In this document: in pieces, positions 35,647 to 46,364 of the stretch
Layout: each line of letters opens with the position of its first letter
How positions within the stretch are numbered: position 1 is the first letter of the stretch
NCBI GenBank assembly: GCA_035402765.1
Contig: DAONDX010000003.1
Coordinates: forward strand, 50,682 to 114,681
Direction of reading: 5' to 3'
Origin: Candidatus Omnitrophota bacterium
GTDB lineage: Bacteria > Omnitrophota > Gorgyraeia > Gygaellales > Profunditerraquicolaceae
Length of the DNA: 64,000 nt
Program-made: the position numbers and the translations under genes
Notes under the pieces: generated by a model
What the model saw: the letters and a program-made list of their open reading frames with translations, nothing else
Told to the model about the DNA's origin: nothing
The model's database searches: none

Positions 35647-37442
35647 ATTTTTAATATCTCCAGAAAAGCTTCTTGCGGTATTTCAACTTTACCGAACTGC
35701 TTTAACCTTTTCTTACCCTTTTTTTGAGTTTCCCAGAGTTTACGTTTGCGGGTGATATCTCCGCCGGAACATTTACTCGTGGCATTCTTGCCCACCGAAC
35801 GCACTCTTTCAGAAGCCAAAATCTGGCTGCCCACTGCCGCTTGAATGGTTACTTCAAAAAGCTGACGCGGAATTAGATCTTTAAGCTTAGAAACTAAAAG
35901 ATGCGCCCGGCTGGTCGCTTTTTCCTTAAACATTAACGATGAAAAAGCATCACAAATCTGCCCGTTTAACAATATATCCAGCTTGACTAGCCTGGTCGGA
36001 AGGTACTCTTTCACCTCATAATCCATTGAGCCATAACCCCGGGTGATCGATTTCATACGATCATAAAAATCAACTATAATTTCAGAGAGCGGAATAGAAA
36101 AAACTACTTTTACCCGGTCCTCACCTAAATATTCGTTAGAAACAAAAACACCCCGCCGGGATTTTGTAAAATCACAAACGGCTTCTATAGAATCAACCGG
36201 AACAATCATTAAGAGGCTGGCAAACGGCTCCTGGGCTTCCTGGATATCTCCCGAAGCGCTCAATTTCATTGGCGTGTCTATCTCCAAGAGTTCACCGGAC
36301 TTTGTTTTTATACGGTAAACAACGTTGGGCACGGTAAGGATAAGGTTTAGGTTATACTCACGCTCCAGCCTTTCCTGCACGATTTCCATGTGTAAAAGTC
36401 CCAAGAAACCGCAGCGAAAACCGGTCCCGAATGATTGGGAATTTTCGGGCTCAAACACAAAAGAAGCATCAGAAAGTTTAAGCTTATCCATCGCATCGCG
36501 CAACTCCGGAAAATCCGCCGGGTTGACCGGATAGATCCCGCAAAATACCAAAGGTTTTACATTACGGTATCCGGGTAAAGCTTGAGCGCAGGGGTTTTTC
36601 GGGTCGGTAATCGTATCACCGATAACTACTTCCCGCGGATCGCGCAGATTGGCGGTGAAATAGCCGACTTCACCGCAAGTTAAAGTATCAACCGCGGAAT
36701 ATTTCAGATCTTTAAAAACACCCAGCTCTTCAATTTTATAAACCTTACCGGTATGGAACATTTTTAATTGGGTCTTGGGCGTTATCTGACCGTCAATAAC
36801 CTTGACAAAAACTACCACTCCTTTGAAAGCGTCAAACCGGCAATCAAAAATTAAAGCTTTTAACGGATGTTCTACCTGCCCGCCGGGGCTGGGAATCGTT
36901 TCAATAATCCGGTCTAAAATCTCGATCACCCCCCGGCCTTCTTTAGCGGAAGCCAAAATAATTTCTTCTTCCTTGAAGCCTAAGACCGTCTGGACCTGAG
37001 ATTGGACTTTAGGGACATCCGCAGATATCAAATCTATTTTATTAATTACCGGGATCACGTGCAGGTTATTCTCCAGAGCCAGATAATAATTAGCTACGGT
37101 TTGGGCTTCAATTCCTTGGCCGGCATCAACCACCAGCACCGCGCCTTCACAGGCAGCTAAAGACTTAGAGACTTCATAAGTGAAATCCACATGGCCGGGA
37201 GTATCGATAAGGTTTAGAATATATGCCCGGTTAAATTTTTTAGAAAAATAGCTTAACCTGACCATGGAAGCCTTTATCGTAATACCCCGCTCTTTTTCCA
37301 AATCCATATCATCTAACAGCTGATCGCCTTTATGCCGTTTATCCACCGCTCCGGTTACTTCCAATATCCGGTCAGCCAAAGTGGATTTACCGTGATCAAT
37401 ATGCGCAATAATCGAAAAATTCCTAATTAACGTTTTATCCAT
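35643..37442 (-). CDS. lepA: elongation factor 4
   Basis: 599 aa with the GTPase motifs AHIDHGKST and DTPGHVDF, and the LepA C-terminal domain. Confidence 0.95.
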   Translation of the reverse strand: MDKTLIRNFSIIAHIDHGKSTLADRILEVTGAVDKRHKGDQLLDDMDLEKERGITIKASMVRLSYFSKKFNRAYILNLIDTPGHVDFTYEVSKSLAACEGAVLVVDAGQGIEAQTVANYYLALENNLHVIPVINKIDLISADVPKVQSQVQTVLGFKEEEIILASAKEGRGVIEILDRIIETIPSPGGQVEHPLKALIFDCRFDAFKGVVVFVKVIDGQITPKTQLKMFHTGKVYKIEELGVFKDLKYSAVDTLTCGEVGYFTANLRDPREVVIGDTITDPKNPCAQALPGYRNVKPLVFCGIYPVNPADFPELRDAMDKLKLSDASFVFEPENSQSFGTGFRCGFLGLLHMEIVQERLEREYNLNLILTVPNVVYRIKTKSGELLEIDTPMKLSASGDIQEAQEPFASLLMIVPVDSIEAVCDFTKSRRGVFVSNEYLGEDRVKVVFSIPLSEIIVDFYDRMKSITRGYGSMDYEVKEYLPTRLVKLDILLNGQICDAFSSLMFKEKATSRAHLLVSKLKDLIPRQLFEVTIQAAVGSQILASERVRSVGKNATSKCSGGDITRKRKLWETQKKGKKRLKQFGKVEIPQEAFLEILKI

Positions 37443-38097
37443 CTAGTTTACAAAAATTAAGCATCTTTTCTACCACTTGCTCTATAGAAAGATCCGAGGT
37501 ATCAATATAGATCGCATCCGGAGCTTGGCGTAAAGGCGAAGCTTGCCGGGTAGAATCAATTCTATCGCGATTGGCCAAATCATTAGCAACATCATTCTCG
37601 GCAACTTCCTGGCCTAAACCTTTTAATTCCTTGAAACGGCGACTTACCCGCACCTGCGCGGAAGCATCGATAAAAAATTTTTTCTCTGCCTGAGGGAAAA
37701 CCACCGTGCCGATATCTCTGCCGTCTAAAACACAGTTTCCTTTTTGGCCAAACTCTCTTTGGATCTTCACCAGTATCTGGCGCACCTCTTTAATCTTGGC
37801 CACCTCTGAAACAAACTGCGTAATTCTGGGCTGCCGGATAGCCAAAGAAACATCCCGGCCATCAAGGATAACGGTCAACGGCCCTTCCGGATTATTCTTC
37901 AGATCAATCTTAATTCCATTAGCCAGCCGGATAATCGCCGGTTCATCGTCCATCGAAACATGATTATCCAAAGCTTTCAAAGTCAAAGCCCGATACATCG
38001 CCCCGGTGTCAATATAAAGATACCCCAGGCGTTTAGCTAGAATTTTAGCCACCGTACTTTTTCCCGCACCCGCTGGACCGTCAACAGCAATAATCAT
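37435..38097 (-). CDS. cmk: cytidylate kinase
   Basis: 220 aa beginning IAVDGPAGAGKSTVAK. Confidence 0.9.
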   Translation of the reverse strand: MIIAVDGPAGAGKSTVAKILAKRLGYLYIDTGAMYRALTLKALDNHVSMDDEPAIIRLANGIKIDLKNNPEGPLTVILDGRDVSLAIRQPRITQFVSEVAKIKEVRQILVKIQREFGQKGNCVLDGRDIGTVVFPQAEKKFFIDASAQVRVSRRFKELKGLGQEVAENDVANDLANRDRIDSTRQASPLRQAPDAIYIDTSDLSIEQVVEKMLNFCKLDG

Positions 38098-38924
38098 CCT
38101 AATTTTTCTCGTTTTTGTTTGGCCTGCCGAAGGATTTTTGTTAGGCGTTCTTTATCTTTATTTTTTAGAGCAAATTTTAAAGCGGCGAGCTTTATCTGAA
38201 AAACCGATAAAGCCTTCAATAAATTACCGCGATTACTTAAAAATATCTCACCCCACAGATCGGCATCGGAACCGGCGATTCGCGTGGCGTCCCTTAACCC
38301 GTTGGAGCTCAAACCCAAAAATTGTTCCGGAATTGCGCTGATCAAAGAAAAAGCGATAGCGTGCGGAAGATGGCTGGTCAAGGCCAAAATCTGATCATGT
38401 TTTTTTGCAGGAAGAACCGTTATTCTTGCCCCGAGCTTCTGCCAAAGCCGTTTAATCTTATCCAAAGTAATTTTACTGGTCTTTTTTGTGGGGGTAATCA
38501 CGCAAATCGAACCCTTAAAAATACTATCCTGTAGATTAACAATCCCTTTCTTCTCTGAACCGGCTAACGGATGACAACCCACAAAGTTAGGAATTAAAGC
38601 GCTAAATTCGGAAACAATACGCTCTTTAGTACTGCCGACATCGATTACCAAGCACTCTTTTTTTATTTTTTCCGCAATTTCAGGAGCAATCCGGATAATG
38701 GCATCCACCGGCATAGCTAAAATAACTAGATCTGCATCAGCTAATACCTTTAAAGACGCACCAACAACATCAATCGCACCGATTCTTTTAGCAAACCTGG
38801 CATTCTTCTGATGCCGGCTTAAACCGATAATTTGACCGGCTAAATGCTGTTTCCTTAAAGCCAAACCCAGAGATCCCCCGATCAGACCGGTACCGATAAT
38901 CACGACTTTATTAAACATTTTCAT
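38094..38924 (-). CDS. tyrA: prephenate dehydrogenase
   Basis: 276 aa with a Rossmann N-terminus ([14 protein letters not shown]) and the TyrA family fold. Confidence 0.8.
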   Translation of the reverse strand: MKMFNKVVIIGTGLIGGSLGLALRKQHLAGQIIGLSRHQKNARFAKRIGAIDVVGASLKVLADADLVILAMPVDAIIRIAPEIAEKIKKECLVIDVGSTKERIVSEFSALIPNFVGCHPLAGSEKKGIVNLQDSIFKGSICVITPTKKTSKITLDKIKRLWQKLGARITVLPAKKHDQILALTSHLPHAIAFSLISAIPEQFLGLSSNGLRDATRIAGSDADLWGEIFLSNRGNLLKALSVFQIKLAALKFALKNKDKERLTKILRQAKQKREKLG

Positions 38925-39967
38925 AAAATTTTTCTTCCTACAGCCCCAGCCATAACCTTAAGTTCGTCCATCAGATTAGAAAATCTATCCGGAAGAAGCG
39001 ACTGCGCTCCGTCAGAAACTGCTTCTTCGGGATGATTATGCACTTCAACAATTAAACCATCAGCTCCGGCAGCGATCGCCGCTCTGGATAAAGCCGGGAC
39101 CCAGCTCCATTTTCCGGCGGCATGCGAGGGATCAACGATAATCGGCAGATGCGAAAGCCGCTTAGTTACCGGCACTGCGCTAATATCTAAAGTATTACGC
39201 GTAGAATCTTCAAAAGTACGGATACCTCTCTCGCAAAGAATTACCGAAAAATTACCGCCGCTTAATATGTATTCTGCAGACATCAGCAGATCCTTAACCG
39301 TAGAAGCCATCCCGCGTTTTAAAACTACAGGTTTTTTAGTGGCGCCAACTTCTTTTAAAAGATTAAAGTTCTGCATATTCCGGCAGCCGATCTGCAAGAT
39401 ATCCACGTAATCAGCTACCAACCCCACATCACGGCTATCCATAACTTCACTGACCGTGACTAAACCCAGTTCATCCCCTACTTTCTTGAGCATTTTCAAA
39501 CCCGCCTCGCCTAATCCCTGAAAGCTATACGGAGAAGTACGCGGCTTAAAAGCTCCGCCCCGCAGGACAGTCGCACCGGCAGCTTTAACTGCTCTGGCGA
39601 TTTCATATAAACTATCGATATTTTCGATGGTACAAGGCCCGGCCATAATCACTACCTCATTACCGCCGATTTTAACACCTTTGCCCAGATCAATTACCGA
39701 ATCCTCTGATTTAAATTCCCGGGAGACCAGCTTAAATGGCGCAAGCACCGGGATTACGTTTTCTACTCCCGGAAAAACCTCCAGAGGCGTAACCCGCAGT
39801 ACATCCTCAGGGCCGATCACCCCGATAATTGTCCTTTCGGCGCCTTTAGAAACATGAGTAGTTAAACCAAGAGCTTTTACTTTTTCAATAATATGTTCAA
39901 CTTGTTCATTGCTAGCACCAGGTTTTAAAACGATAATCATTATTTTCTCCTCATTGGCCAGGGACAA
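38921..39967 (-). CDS. aroF: 3-deoxy-7-phosphoheptulonate (DAHP) synthase, type I-beta, with an N-terminal regulatory domain
   Basis: 348 aa with the KDO8P/DAHP-synthase barrel (AGPCTIEN...[19 protein letters not shown]). Confidence 0.85.
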   Translation of the reverse strand: MSLANEEKIMIIVLKPGASNEQVEHIIEKVKALGLTTHVSKGAERTIIGVIGPEDVLRVTPLEVFPGVENVIPVLAPFKLVSREFKSEDSVIDLGKGVKIGGNEVVIMAGPCTIENIDSLYEIARAVKAAGATVLRGGAFKPRTSPYSFQGLGEAGLKMLKKVGDELGLVTVSEVMDSRDVGLVADYVDILQIGCRNMQNFNLLKEVGATKKPVVLKRGMASTVKDLLMSAEYILSGGNFSVILCERGIRTFEDSTRNTLDISAVPVTKRLSHLPIIVDPSHAAGKWSWVPALSRAAIAAGADGLIVEVHNHPEEAVSDGAQSLLPDRFSNLMDELKVMAGAVGRKIL

Positions 39968-40003
39968 CCGCGCAAATCCGCATCAATGCAAAACGGTTTT
40001 TTT

Positions 40004-41095
40004 CTATTTAAACAACACTTTTTTTAAAACTTGTATAAACCTTTGGTTTTCCTCGGCGGTGCCAATCGTCACGCGGATAAAATTAGCCAGCCCGCTTTGG
40101 CGCATTTCCCGGACAATTACCCCGTACTTAAGACAAGACTTAAATACCTGGCGGCTATCCCGACCCACATCCACAAGTATAAAATTTGCCGTCGAAAGCA
40201 CATAACCCAGACCCATCTTTGACAACTCCCGGTAAATAAAATCTTTACCCTCTAAAGTCAAACGGCGGATTTTCGTTAAGAAAACTTTATCTTCTAAAGC
40301 CGCCACCCCGGCAACCTGCGCCAGAAGATTAACATTAAACGGCTGCCTGATGCGTTCCATAAAATTGACCAATTCCGGTTGAGCGATGGCGTATCCCAGG
40401 CGCAAACCGGCTAAACCATAGGCTTTAGAAAACGTCCTTAAAATAATCACTTTCTTTCTCTTGTTCAAATAGCTTAAGGAATCCGGATAATCATCCACAT
40501 CAATAAAAGTACCATAAGCCTCGTCAAAAACAACGATTACCGATTCCGGCAACGCGTTTAGAAATTCTTCAACCTCATTTTTGGCAACATAGGTTCCGGT
40601 AGGATTATTGGGATTAGCGATAAAAACCAACTTGGTCTTTTTGTCTACTAACTTCAACATACCTTTTAAATCATATTTAAAATAACGTAAAGGCGCCTTT
40701 TTCACCTTACGGTCATTAACCTGGGCAATAATTTCATACTCGGCGAAAGTACCTTCGGAAGTCAGGATATTTTCATCCGCTTCCATAAAAGTCTTAATCA
40801 CCACATCGATTAATTCATCAGAACCGTTCCCTAAAACTAAGTTGCCAGGTTTCAACCCCAAAGATTTAGCCAGGCGCTGCTTTAAATAAAATCCCTGCGC
40901 ATCCGGATAACGATTAATCCCCGGTAGCGCCCTTTTGATTGCCGCGATTGCTTTCGGCGACGGGCCCCAGGAATTTTCATTAGAAGCCAGCTTGATCACG
41001 CTTTTTAACCCAAACTGCCGCTTAGTTTCCTCAATCGGCTTACCGGGCACATAAGGATTGACCGACAAAACACTTTTACGAATTAATTTTTTCAT
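40004..41095 (-). CDS. hisC: histidinol-phosphate aminotransferase
   Basis: 363 aa, a class-II aminotransferase with a PLP Lys region (FSKAYGLAGLRLGY). Confidence 0.85.
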   Translation of the reverse strand: MKKLIRKSVLSVNPYVPGKPIEETKRQFGLKSVIKLASNENSWGPSPKAIAAIKRALPGINRYPDAQGFYLKQRLAKSLGLKPGNLVLGNGSDELIDVVIKTFMEADENILTSEGTFAEYEIIAQVNDRKVKKAPLRYFKYDLKGMLKLVDKKTKLVFIANPNNPTGTYVAKNEVEEFLNALPESVIVVFDEAYGTFIDVDDYPDSLSYLNKRKKVIILRTFSKAYGLAGLRLGYAIAQPELVNFMERIRQPFNVNLLAQVAGVAALEDKVFLTKIRRLTLEGKDFIYRELSKMGLGYVLSTANFILVDVGRDSRQVFKSCLKYGVIVREMRQSGLANFIRVTIGTAEENQRFIQVLKKVLFK

Positions 41096-41103
41096 TTTAC
41101 AGT

Positions 41104-42201
41104 TTATTCTCCAATCGGATAAGAACCTAATATTTTAAGATAGCTGCATTTGTGTTCTAACTCCTTGAGCGCTTTCTTAATCAAAGTATCATCCTGATGA
41201 CCCAAAATATCCACAAAAAAATAATATTCCCAAGCCTTCTTTTTCGAAGGGCGGGATTCAATCTTAGTCAGGTTAACCCCGTATTTACGAAAAGGCAGAA
41301 GCATCTCATATAAAGCCCCGACCCGGTCTTTAATCGAAAAAAGCAAGCTGGTCTTATCTTTGCCGGTGCGGGAAGCAACATTTTTGCCCACCACCAGAAA
41401 ACGGGTAATGTTATGCGATAGATCCTGGATACCCGACGATAGCACTTTCAAGCCGTAAACCTTAGAAGCCAAAAGTGAAGCGATCGCCGCGGTATTTTTT
41501 TCTTTTTTAGCCATCTCCGCTGCCCGGGTAGTGCTGGAAACATCTACTAAACGCGCATTGGGTAAATTTTTCTGTAACCAGATCCGGCACTGTCCAAAAA
41601 CATAAGGGTTAGAATAAACCACCCGGATCTTGTTCTTGGAGCAATTGGCCAGTAAATTATGGGTTATTTCTAAAATAACCTGCGAACAAATTTTTAAATC
41701 CGAATCCACCAAAACATCCAGGGTATGGCTAACCGCCCCTTCAATTGAATTTTCAATAGGCACTACCCCATAATCGGCACTTCCTAATTCCACCTCTTGA
41801 AAAATATCGGCGATACTGTTACAAGCAACATAGTTGACCTGTGAGCCGAATTTTTTTATGGCTGCCAAATTAGTAAAACTTGCTTGAGGCCCCAAATAAG
41901 CAATTTTAAGCGGCTTCTCTAAAGCCAAACTGGCTGACATTACCTCCCGATAAATCGCCTCCAAAGCGCCCTTTTTTAAAGGCCCTTTATTTAAGCTGGC
42001 GATCTTTTTTAAGACCTCCATCTCTCTTTCCGGCACATAAATACTTTTGCCGGCATTAATCTTTATTTTACCGATATTTTTAGTTGCTGCGGCACGCTGA
42101 TTCAGTAAGTTAATCAGTCTCCGGTCAAGCAGATCGATTTTTTTACGCAATTTGTCCAGACTCATTTTTAACCTCCAGGTCATCTTGGGCAATCGGCTCA
42201 A
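41104..42201 (-). CDS. pheA: bifunctional chorismate mutase / prephenate dehydratase (ACT domain at the C-terminus)
   Basis: An AroQ chorismate mutase N-terminus, a PDT domain (TRF/ESRP motifs) and an ACT domain. The annotated start overlaps scpB by ~59 nt, so an internal ATG (MSLDKL...) is the more likely start. Confidence 0.85.
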   Translation of the reverse strand: MSRLPKMTWRLKMSLDKLRKKIDLLDRRLINLLNQRAAATKNIGKIKINAGKSIYVPEREMEVLKKIASLNKGPLKKGALEAIYREVMSASLALEKPLKIAYLGPQASFTNLAAIKKFGSQVNYVACNSIADIFQEVELGSADYGVVPIENSIEGAVSHTLDVLVDSDLKICSQVILEITHNLLANCSKNKIRVVYSNPYVFGQCRIWLQKNLPNARLVDVSSTTRAAEMAKKEKNTAAIASLLASKVYGLKVLSSGIQDLSHNITRFLVVGKNVASRTGKDKTSLLFSIKDRVGALYEMLLPFRKYGVNLTKIESRPSKKKAWEYYFFVDILGHQDDTLIKKALKELEHKCSYLKILGSYPIGE

Positions 42202-42757
42202 TATCAGCTTGGGCTTCCTTCTCTTCAGCTAAAACCTTAAAATCTTCCATTTTAGGCAGATCCTGCAAACTTTTTAACCCAAAATGCTCGAGAAATTCCC
42301 GGGTAGTACCAAAAACGAATGGGCGGCCGGGAACCTTTTTTCTACCGCAAATCCGGATTAAATTCTTTTCCACCAGGCTTTTCATCACGCCATCGACATT
42401 TACATTTCTTAAAGATTCAATTTCAGCTTTCGTTAACGGTTGTTTATAAGCGATAATCGCCAAAGATTCAAGGGCGGGCTTGGATAATTTATCGCTATAG
42501 CGGTTTTTAAAAAGCTTTTTTAGAAAAGGGGCAAAATTACTATTGGTGATCATCTGAAAACCACCGGCGATCTCAATGATTTTAATCCCCCTATTCTGCA
42601 GATCAAATTCGTTTTTTAATTCCTCAACGATCTTATTAATGCTAGCCGCATCCAGATCCCCTAAAACCTTTTTAATCTGTTCCGTAGTGATCGGTTTCTC
42701 AGACGCAAAAATTAAAGCTTCCACCGCTGACTTTATATTATTCTCTTCCATTTTCAC
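42143..42757 (-). CDS. scpB: segregation and condensation protein B
   Basis: 204 aa of the ScpB winged-helix family. Confidence 0.85.
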   Translation of the reverse strand: MKMEENNIKSAVEALIFASEKPITTEQIKKVLGDLDAASINKIVEELKNEFDLQNRGIKIIEIAGGFQMITNSNFAPFLKKLFKNRYSDKLSKPALESLAIIAYKQPLTKAEIESLRNVNVDGVMKSLVEKNLIRICGRKKVPGRPFVFGTTREFLEHFGLKSLQDLPKMEDFKVLAEEKEAQADIEPIAQDDLEVKNESGQIA

Positions 42758-43378
42758 CTATCTCTTTTTTTGTTTATAAACCAGGTTTAATAATTCTTCG
42801 GTCGTGTTTACCTGCGGCTTGGCTTCTAAAACCTTTTTGATCATGCCCAGGGCCTCACTCCTTTTATATTCCAATTGCAGCAAAACTTCCAATGCTTCTT
42901 CAGCTATATTTTTAGCTTCGAGTTTTATTCCGCCGGCGCGTTCCTGAATCAACCCGAATTTGCCTACCTTATTCTGCAGTTTAGCCACAATCTCTTTAGC
43001 TCTTTGTTCGCCGATACCCGGAAGCGACTTTAAAAAAACCAAATCGCCTTCATCAATAGCCTTAGCAATCAAAGAAATAGGTTTATTCAAAGCCTTCAAA
43101 GCCGCCCGCGGGCCGATACCGGAAACCGTAATAAATATCTCGAAAAAATCCTTTTCTACCTGGCTCAGGAATCCGATCAAGATCGGAATACTCTTGGCCT
43201 GGTCAACCTGATAATAATGATAAGTCAGAAGAGAGATTTTTTCCTCTTGCCCTAAGACATTATCCAGTCCCTGCATAACACAAGCCGGGATAAAAACCTC
43301 ATAACTTAAACCGCCTAAATCCAGGATTAAAAAGTTGGGGCCTTTCTCTGTAACGCGCCCGGTAATTTTAGAGATCAT
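42758..43378 (-). CDS. ruvA: Holliday junction branch migration complex subunit RuvA
   Basis: 206 aa of the RuvA family (HhH motifs). Confidence 0.9.
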   Translation of the reverse strand: MISKITGRVTEKGPNFLILDLGGLSYEVFIPACVMQGLDNVLGQEEKISLLTYHYYQVDQAKSIPILIGFLSQVEKDFFEIFITVSGIGPRAALKALNKPISLIAKAIDEGDLVFLKSLPGIGEQRAKEIVAKLQNKVGKFGLIQERAGGIKLEAKNIAEEALEVLLQLEYKRSEALGMIKKVLEAKPQVNTTEELLNLVYKQKKR

Positions 43379-43857
43379 AATTTTGCTTTCGAAATATAGC
43401 TATGTCCGATAGCCAAGGCCAAAGCGTCAGTAACATCCATGTACGGGGTTAAAGTTTTCAAACCTAAAGTATGGGTAACCATTCTTTGCACTTGCGCTTT
43501 AGAAGCCAGCCCCTTACCGACAATCGCCTTCTTAATCCGGGTCGCTGAATACTCAAAAAAAGGAACTTTAGCTGTATAAGCCGCCAGGCAGATAACCCCT
43601 CTAGCCTGACCTAGGATACAAGCCGTTGCCGGATGTTTGTAATGTGAATATATTTTTTCCAGAACCAAACAGTCTGCTTTTGTATCACTGACCAGTTTAA
43701 TTACCCCGCGGTATATTTTATCTAGCCGGCAGCAAACAGATTCTTTGGCGTTAGTTTTGATTATCCCGGCTTCAATCAAACTGAGCGATGTTTTATTAAC
43801 CTGAATCACACCGTAACCGCTAACCGCTAAAGCCGGATCAACCCCTACAATAATCAT
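43375..43857 (-). CDS. ruvC: crossover junction endodeoxyribonuclease RuvC
   Basis: 160 aa beginning MIIVGVDPALAVSGYGVI. Confidence 0.9.
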   Translation of the reverse strand: MIIVGVDPALAVSGYGVIQVNKTSLSLIEAGIIKTNAKESVCCRLDKIYRGVIKLVSDTKADCLVLEKIYSHYKHPATACILGQARGVICLAAYTAKVPFFEYSATRIKKAIVGKGLASKAQVQRMVTHTLGLKTLTPYMDVTDALALAIGHSYISKAKL

Positions 43858-44609
43858 TCCTCAGAAGCAACCTCATCTAGGATCTCATCCGGAATATCGA
43901 AATTGGCATAAACCTGCTGGACATCATCATGCTCTTCCAAAGTTTCAATTAAACCTAAAACTTGTTTTGCTTCATGACCGGTGACCTTAATCGTTGAGGA
44001 CGGAATCATGGTTAATTCCGCATCAACCCACTTAATGCCTTTCTCGGTAAGGGCCTGCTTAACCTTCTCCAAATCCGCTATTGCTGTGTAAATTTCATAA
44101 ACCTCGTCTTCATGTTTCATATCTTCAGCCCCGGCATCCAGGACAATATTCATCAACTCATCTTCTTTGACATTTTCTTTAGCTACTGAGATATAGCCTT
44201 TTTGGGTAAACATCCAGCTCACTGAACCGGCACCGGCCATATTACCGCCTTTTTTTGACATGATATTACGTATTTCAGCGGTAGTCCGGTTCTTGTTATC
44301 GGTAAGAGAATCAATTAGAATCGCCACCCCGCCCGGTCCGTAAGCTTCATACATTACAGCCTCATAAACTACTCCGGGAAGCTCCCCGGTTCCTCTCTTA
44401 ATCGCCATCTTTACGTTATCCGAAGGCATATTGGCTCTTTTGGCCTTTTCCATTATGGCACGCAGACGGGGGTTAGAGTCCGGGTTTCCGCCGCCATCTC
44501 TGGCTACCACCACCAACTCTTTAATAATTTTAGTAAAGGTCGCCCCGCGCTTAGCATCCGCAATACCTTTTTTACCCTTATTTGTTTTCCATTTCGAATG
44601 ACCTGACAT
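43854..44609 (-). CDS. yebC: YebC/PmpR family DNA-binding transcriptional regulator
   Basis: 251 aa beginning MSGHSKWKTNKGKK, the conserved yebC-ruvC-ruvA arrangement. Confidence 0.9.
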   Translation of the reverse strand: MSGHSKWKTNKGKKGIADAKRGATFTKIIKELVVVARDGGGNPDSNPRLRAIMEKAKRANMPSDNVKMAIKRGTGELPGVVYEAVMYEAYGPGGVAILIDSLTDNKNRTTAEIRNIMSKKGGNMAGAGSVSWMFTQKGYISVAKENVKEDELMNIVLDAGAEDMKHEDEVYEIYTAIADLEKVKQALTEKGIKWVDAELTMIPSSTIKVTGHEAKQVLGLIETLEEHDDVQQVYANFDIPDEILDEVASEE

Positions 44610-44751
44610 AACTCCTCCTCATCTACCTAGACGACACCCGCGTAGAGTGCCCACTACTGTTTATAATATCTCCTCGATACTGCGTTAATCAACACACATT
44701 AAGTGCAATTTCAATTCACCCGGAGTGTCTTGAATTAATTTTTAATAAATA

Positions 44752-45154
44752 AAGCAGGCAGAATAAGCCGGGTTCTGTCTTGATGCCTGCCTGCCGGCAG
44801 GCAGGCGAATGCTACATCGCAGTGGCTATTCCTCTCAATTCCCGCGTTACCACGGGAACTTTAGCAGTTTACCCGAGATTGTTTTCCGTTGAAACGGAAA
44901 GCGCGCCGAATCAGCACTCATCTCCTATTCTACTTTGCTCCACGTAGAGATTGCCCGTTTCACCTCTCCGCTTGGAAGCGGATACTCGTCTCTGTGGCTC
45001 TCTTGCGCTTTTGGCGCAAGATCCCAAGGGATTATCCTCTTAGCGGTTTTCTCAAACCGCTAAGGACGGGAATTACCCGTTACGTTATTCTCCGGAGCCC
45101 GGACTTTCCTCCCGCCATTGAAACAATGACGGGCAGCCACATCCTGCCTGCTTA
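44752..45154 (-). ncRNA. rnpB: RNase P RNA (bacterial type A)
   Basis: The minus strand contains GGAGGAAAGTCCGGGCTCC (the universal P4 5' strand), ACAGAACCCGGCTTA (P4 3' strand), GGTAACGCGGG (the P10/11 region), and a terminal P1 helix AAGCAGGCAGG/CCTGCCTGCTT. Total length is ~403 nt. Confidence 0.8.
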
Positions 45155-45568
45155 TATCAAAGATTTACCCAGAGTAGAATTAACGGCTTGTGTTGCCAAT
45201 TTATCCGCCAAACTGTTCTCTTCCCGGGGTATATGGTTAATTAAAACTTTTTCAAAACCCGTTAAAAGATGCACCGCCCGGTTATACAAATTTATTATTC
45301 CGGCATTTTTAACTTTATAAATTTTATTCAACTGCCGGGCTAAAAGCTGACTGTCAGTATTTATTTTTACGCTTTTAGCTTTTAACAGCAGGGCTTCTTC
45401 AAGCGCATAAATAAGGGCCGTATATTCAGCGATGTTATTAGTAGCCAGACCGATATAGCTTGAGATGTTCTTAATCCGCAAACCATCCCGGTAAATTACA
45501 ACCCCTACCCCGCTATGCCCCGGGTTACCCTGGGAGGCCCCATCTATATAAATCTCTAAATGGTTCAT
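45152..45568 (-). CDS. rnhA: ribonuclease HI
   Basis: 138 aa beginning IYIDGASQGNPG...TNNIAEYTALI. Confidence 0.9.
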   Translation of the reverse strand: MNHLEIYIDGASQGNPGHSGVGVVIYRDGLRIKNISSYIGLATNNIAEYTALIYALEEALLLKAKSVKINTDSQLLARQLNKIYKVKNAGIINLYNRAVHLLTGFEKVLINHIPREENSLADKLATQAVNSTLGKSLI

Positions 45569-46284
45569 TCCTGAATATAAAGAATCCGGTTACAAACTTC
45601 GCAGGTAACAATACGTTCATACATCTTAATCAAATTAATTACCTGAGGCGGGACTAACATATGGCATCCCCCGCAAGAATTATCTTTGACCGGAACGATT
45701 GCTAAACCATCCCGGCTGTGCAAGATTCTTTCATATTCCTGCAGCATCTTAGGATCAATACCGGGAATAACCTGCTTCCTTTGAGCATCCAGCTGGCTTA
45801 TCCGTCCGGCTATTTCTTCGATCCGCGTTTCAACAGACTTTTTTTTCTGCAAAAAAATCTTTTCTTCATCTTTTAGTTTTAAATTTTCAGCATCAATCTG
45901 AGCTTTAATTTTATCCGACTCTTCGAAAGAAATAAGAATTTTTTCTTCGATTACCGACCCATCAGCTTTAGCATCCGCGATCTGCTGTTGCATAGTCTGA
46001 AATTCTTTATTCGTCTTAAGTGAAAAAAGCTGGCCGCTAAGTTTTTTAATTCCTTCGGCATTGGCAGCAAGCTCCAGCTCTTTTTCTTTGCGTTGTTTTT
46101 GCAGGTCTAAAGACTTTTTTTCCAGAGCTAACAAATCCTGTTTTTTAAGCTCAAAAGCTGCCTCCAGGATTTTAATTTCCTGAGGTTTATTGTTTTTTTC
46201 ATTTCCTAAAGCGTAAATCTCGCTATCTAGTTCCTGTAGCTTCACTAAACCGGTAATCTGAGCTTTTAAGTCTACGTTGGGCAA
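45565..46284 (-). CDS. coiled-coil protein with a C-terminal C4 zinc ribbon (COG1579-like)
   Basis: 239 aa with a long coiled coil and CGGCHMLVPP...CEVCNRIL at the C-terminus. Confidence 0.6.
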   Translation of the reverse strand: MPNVDLKAQITGLVKLQELDSEIYALGNEKNNKPQEIKILEAAFELKKQDLLALEKKSLDLQKQRKEKELELAANAEGIKKLSGQLFSLKTNKEFQTMQQQIADAKADGSVIEEKILISFEESDKIKAQIDAENLKLKDEEKIFLQKKKSVETRIEEIAGRISQLDAQRKQVIPGIDPKMLQEYERILHSRDGLAIVPVKDNSCGGCHMLVPPQVINLIKMYERIVTCEVCNRILYIQE

Positions 46285-46364
46285 TTTTTCTCCTCTTCTA
46301 GCTATTGTTAGGCGTAATTGTACTGGAACCTATAAAACCTCTACAATCCTCACCAATATAATAA

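Noticed and set aside
44889-45320. 143-aa plus-strand ORF from the six-frame track
   Set aside because: It lies entirely antisense to a clear RNase P RNA gene and the 3' end of rnhA. It has no RBS and no recognisable domain, so it is treated as spurious.
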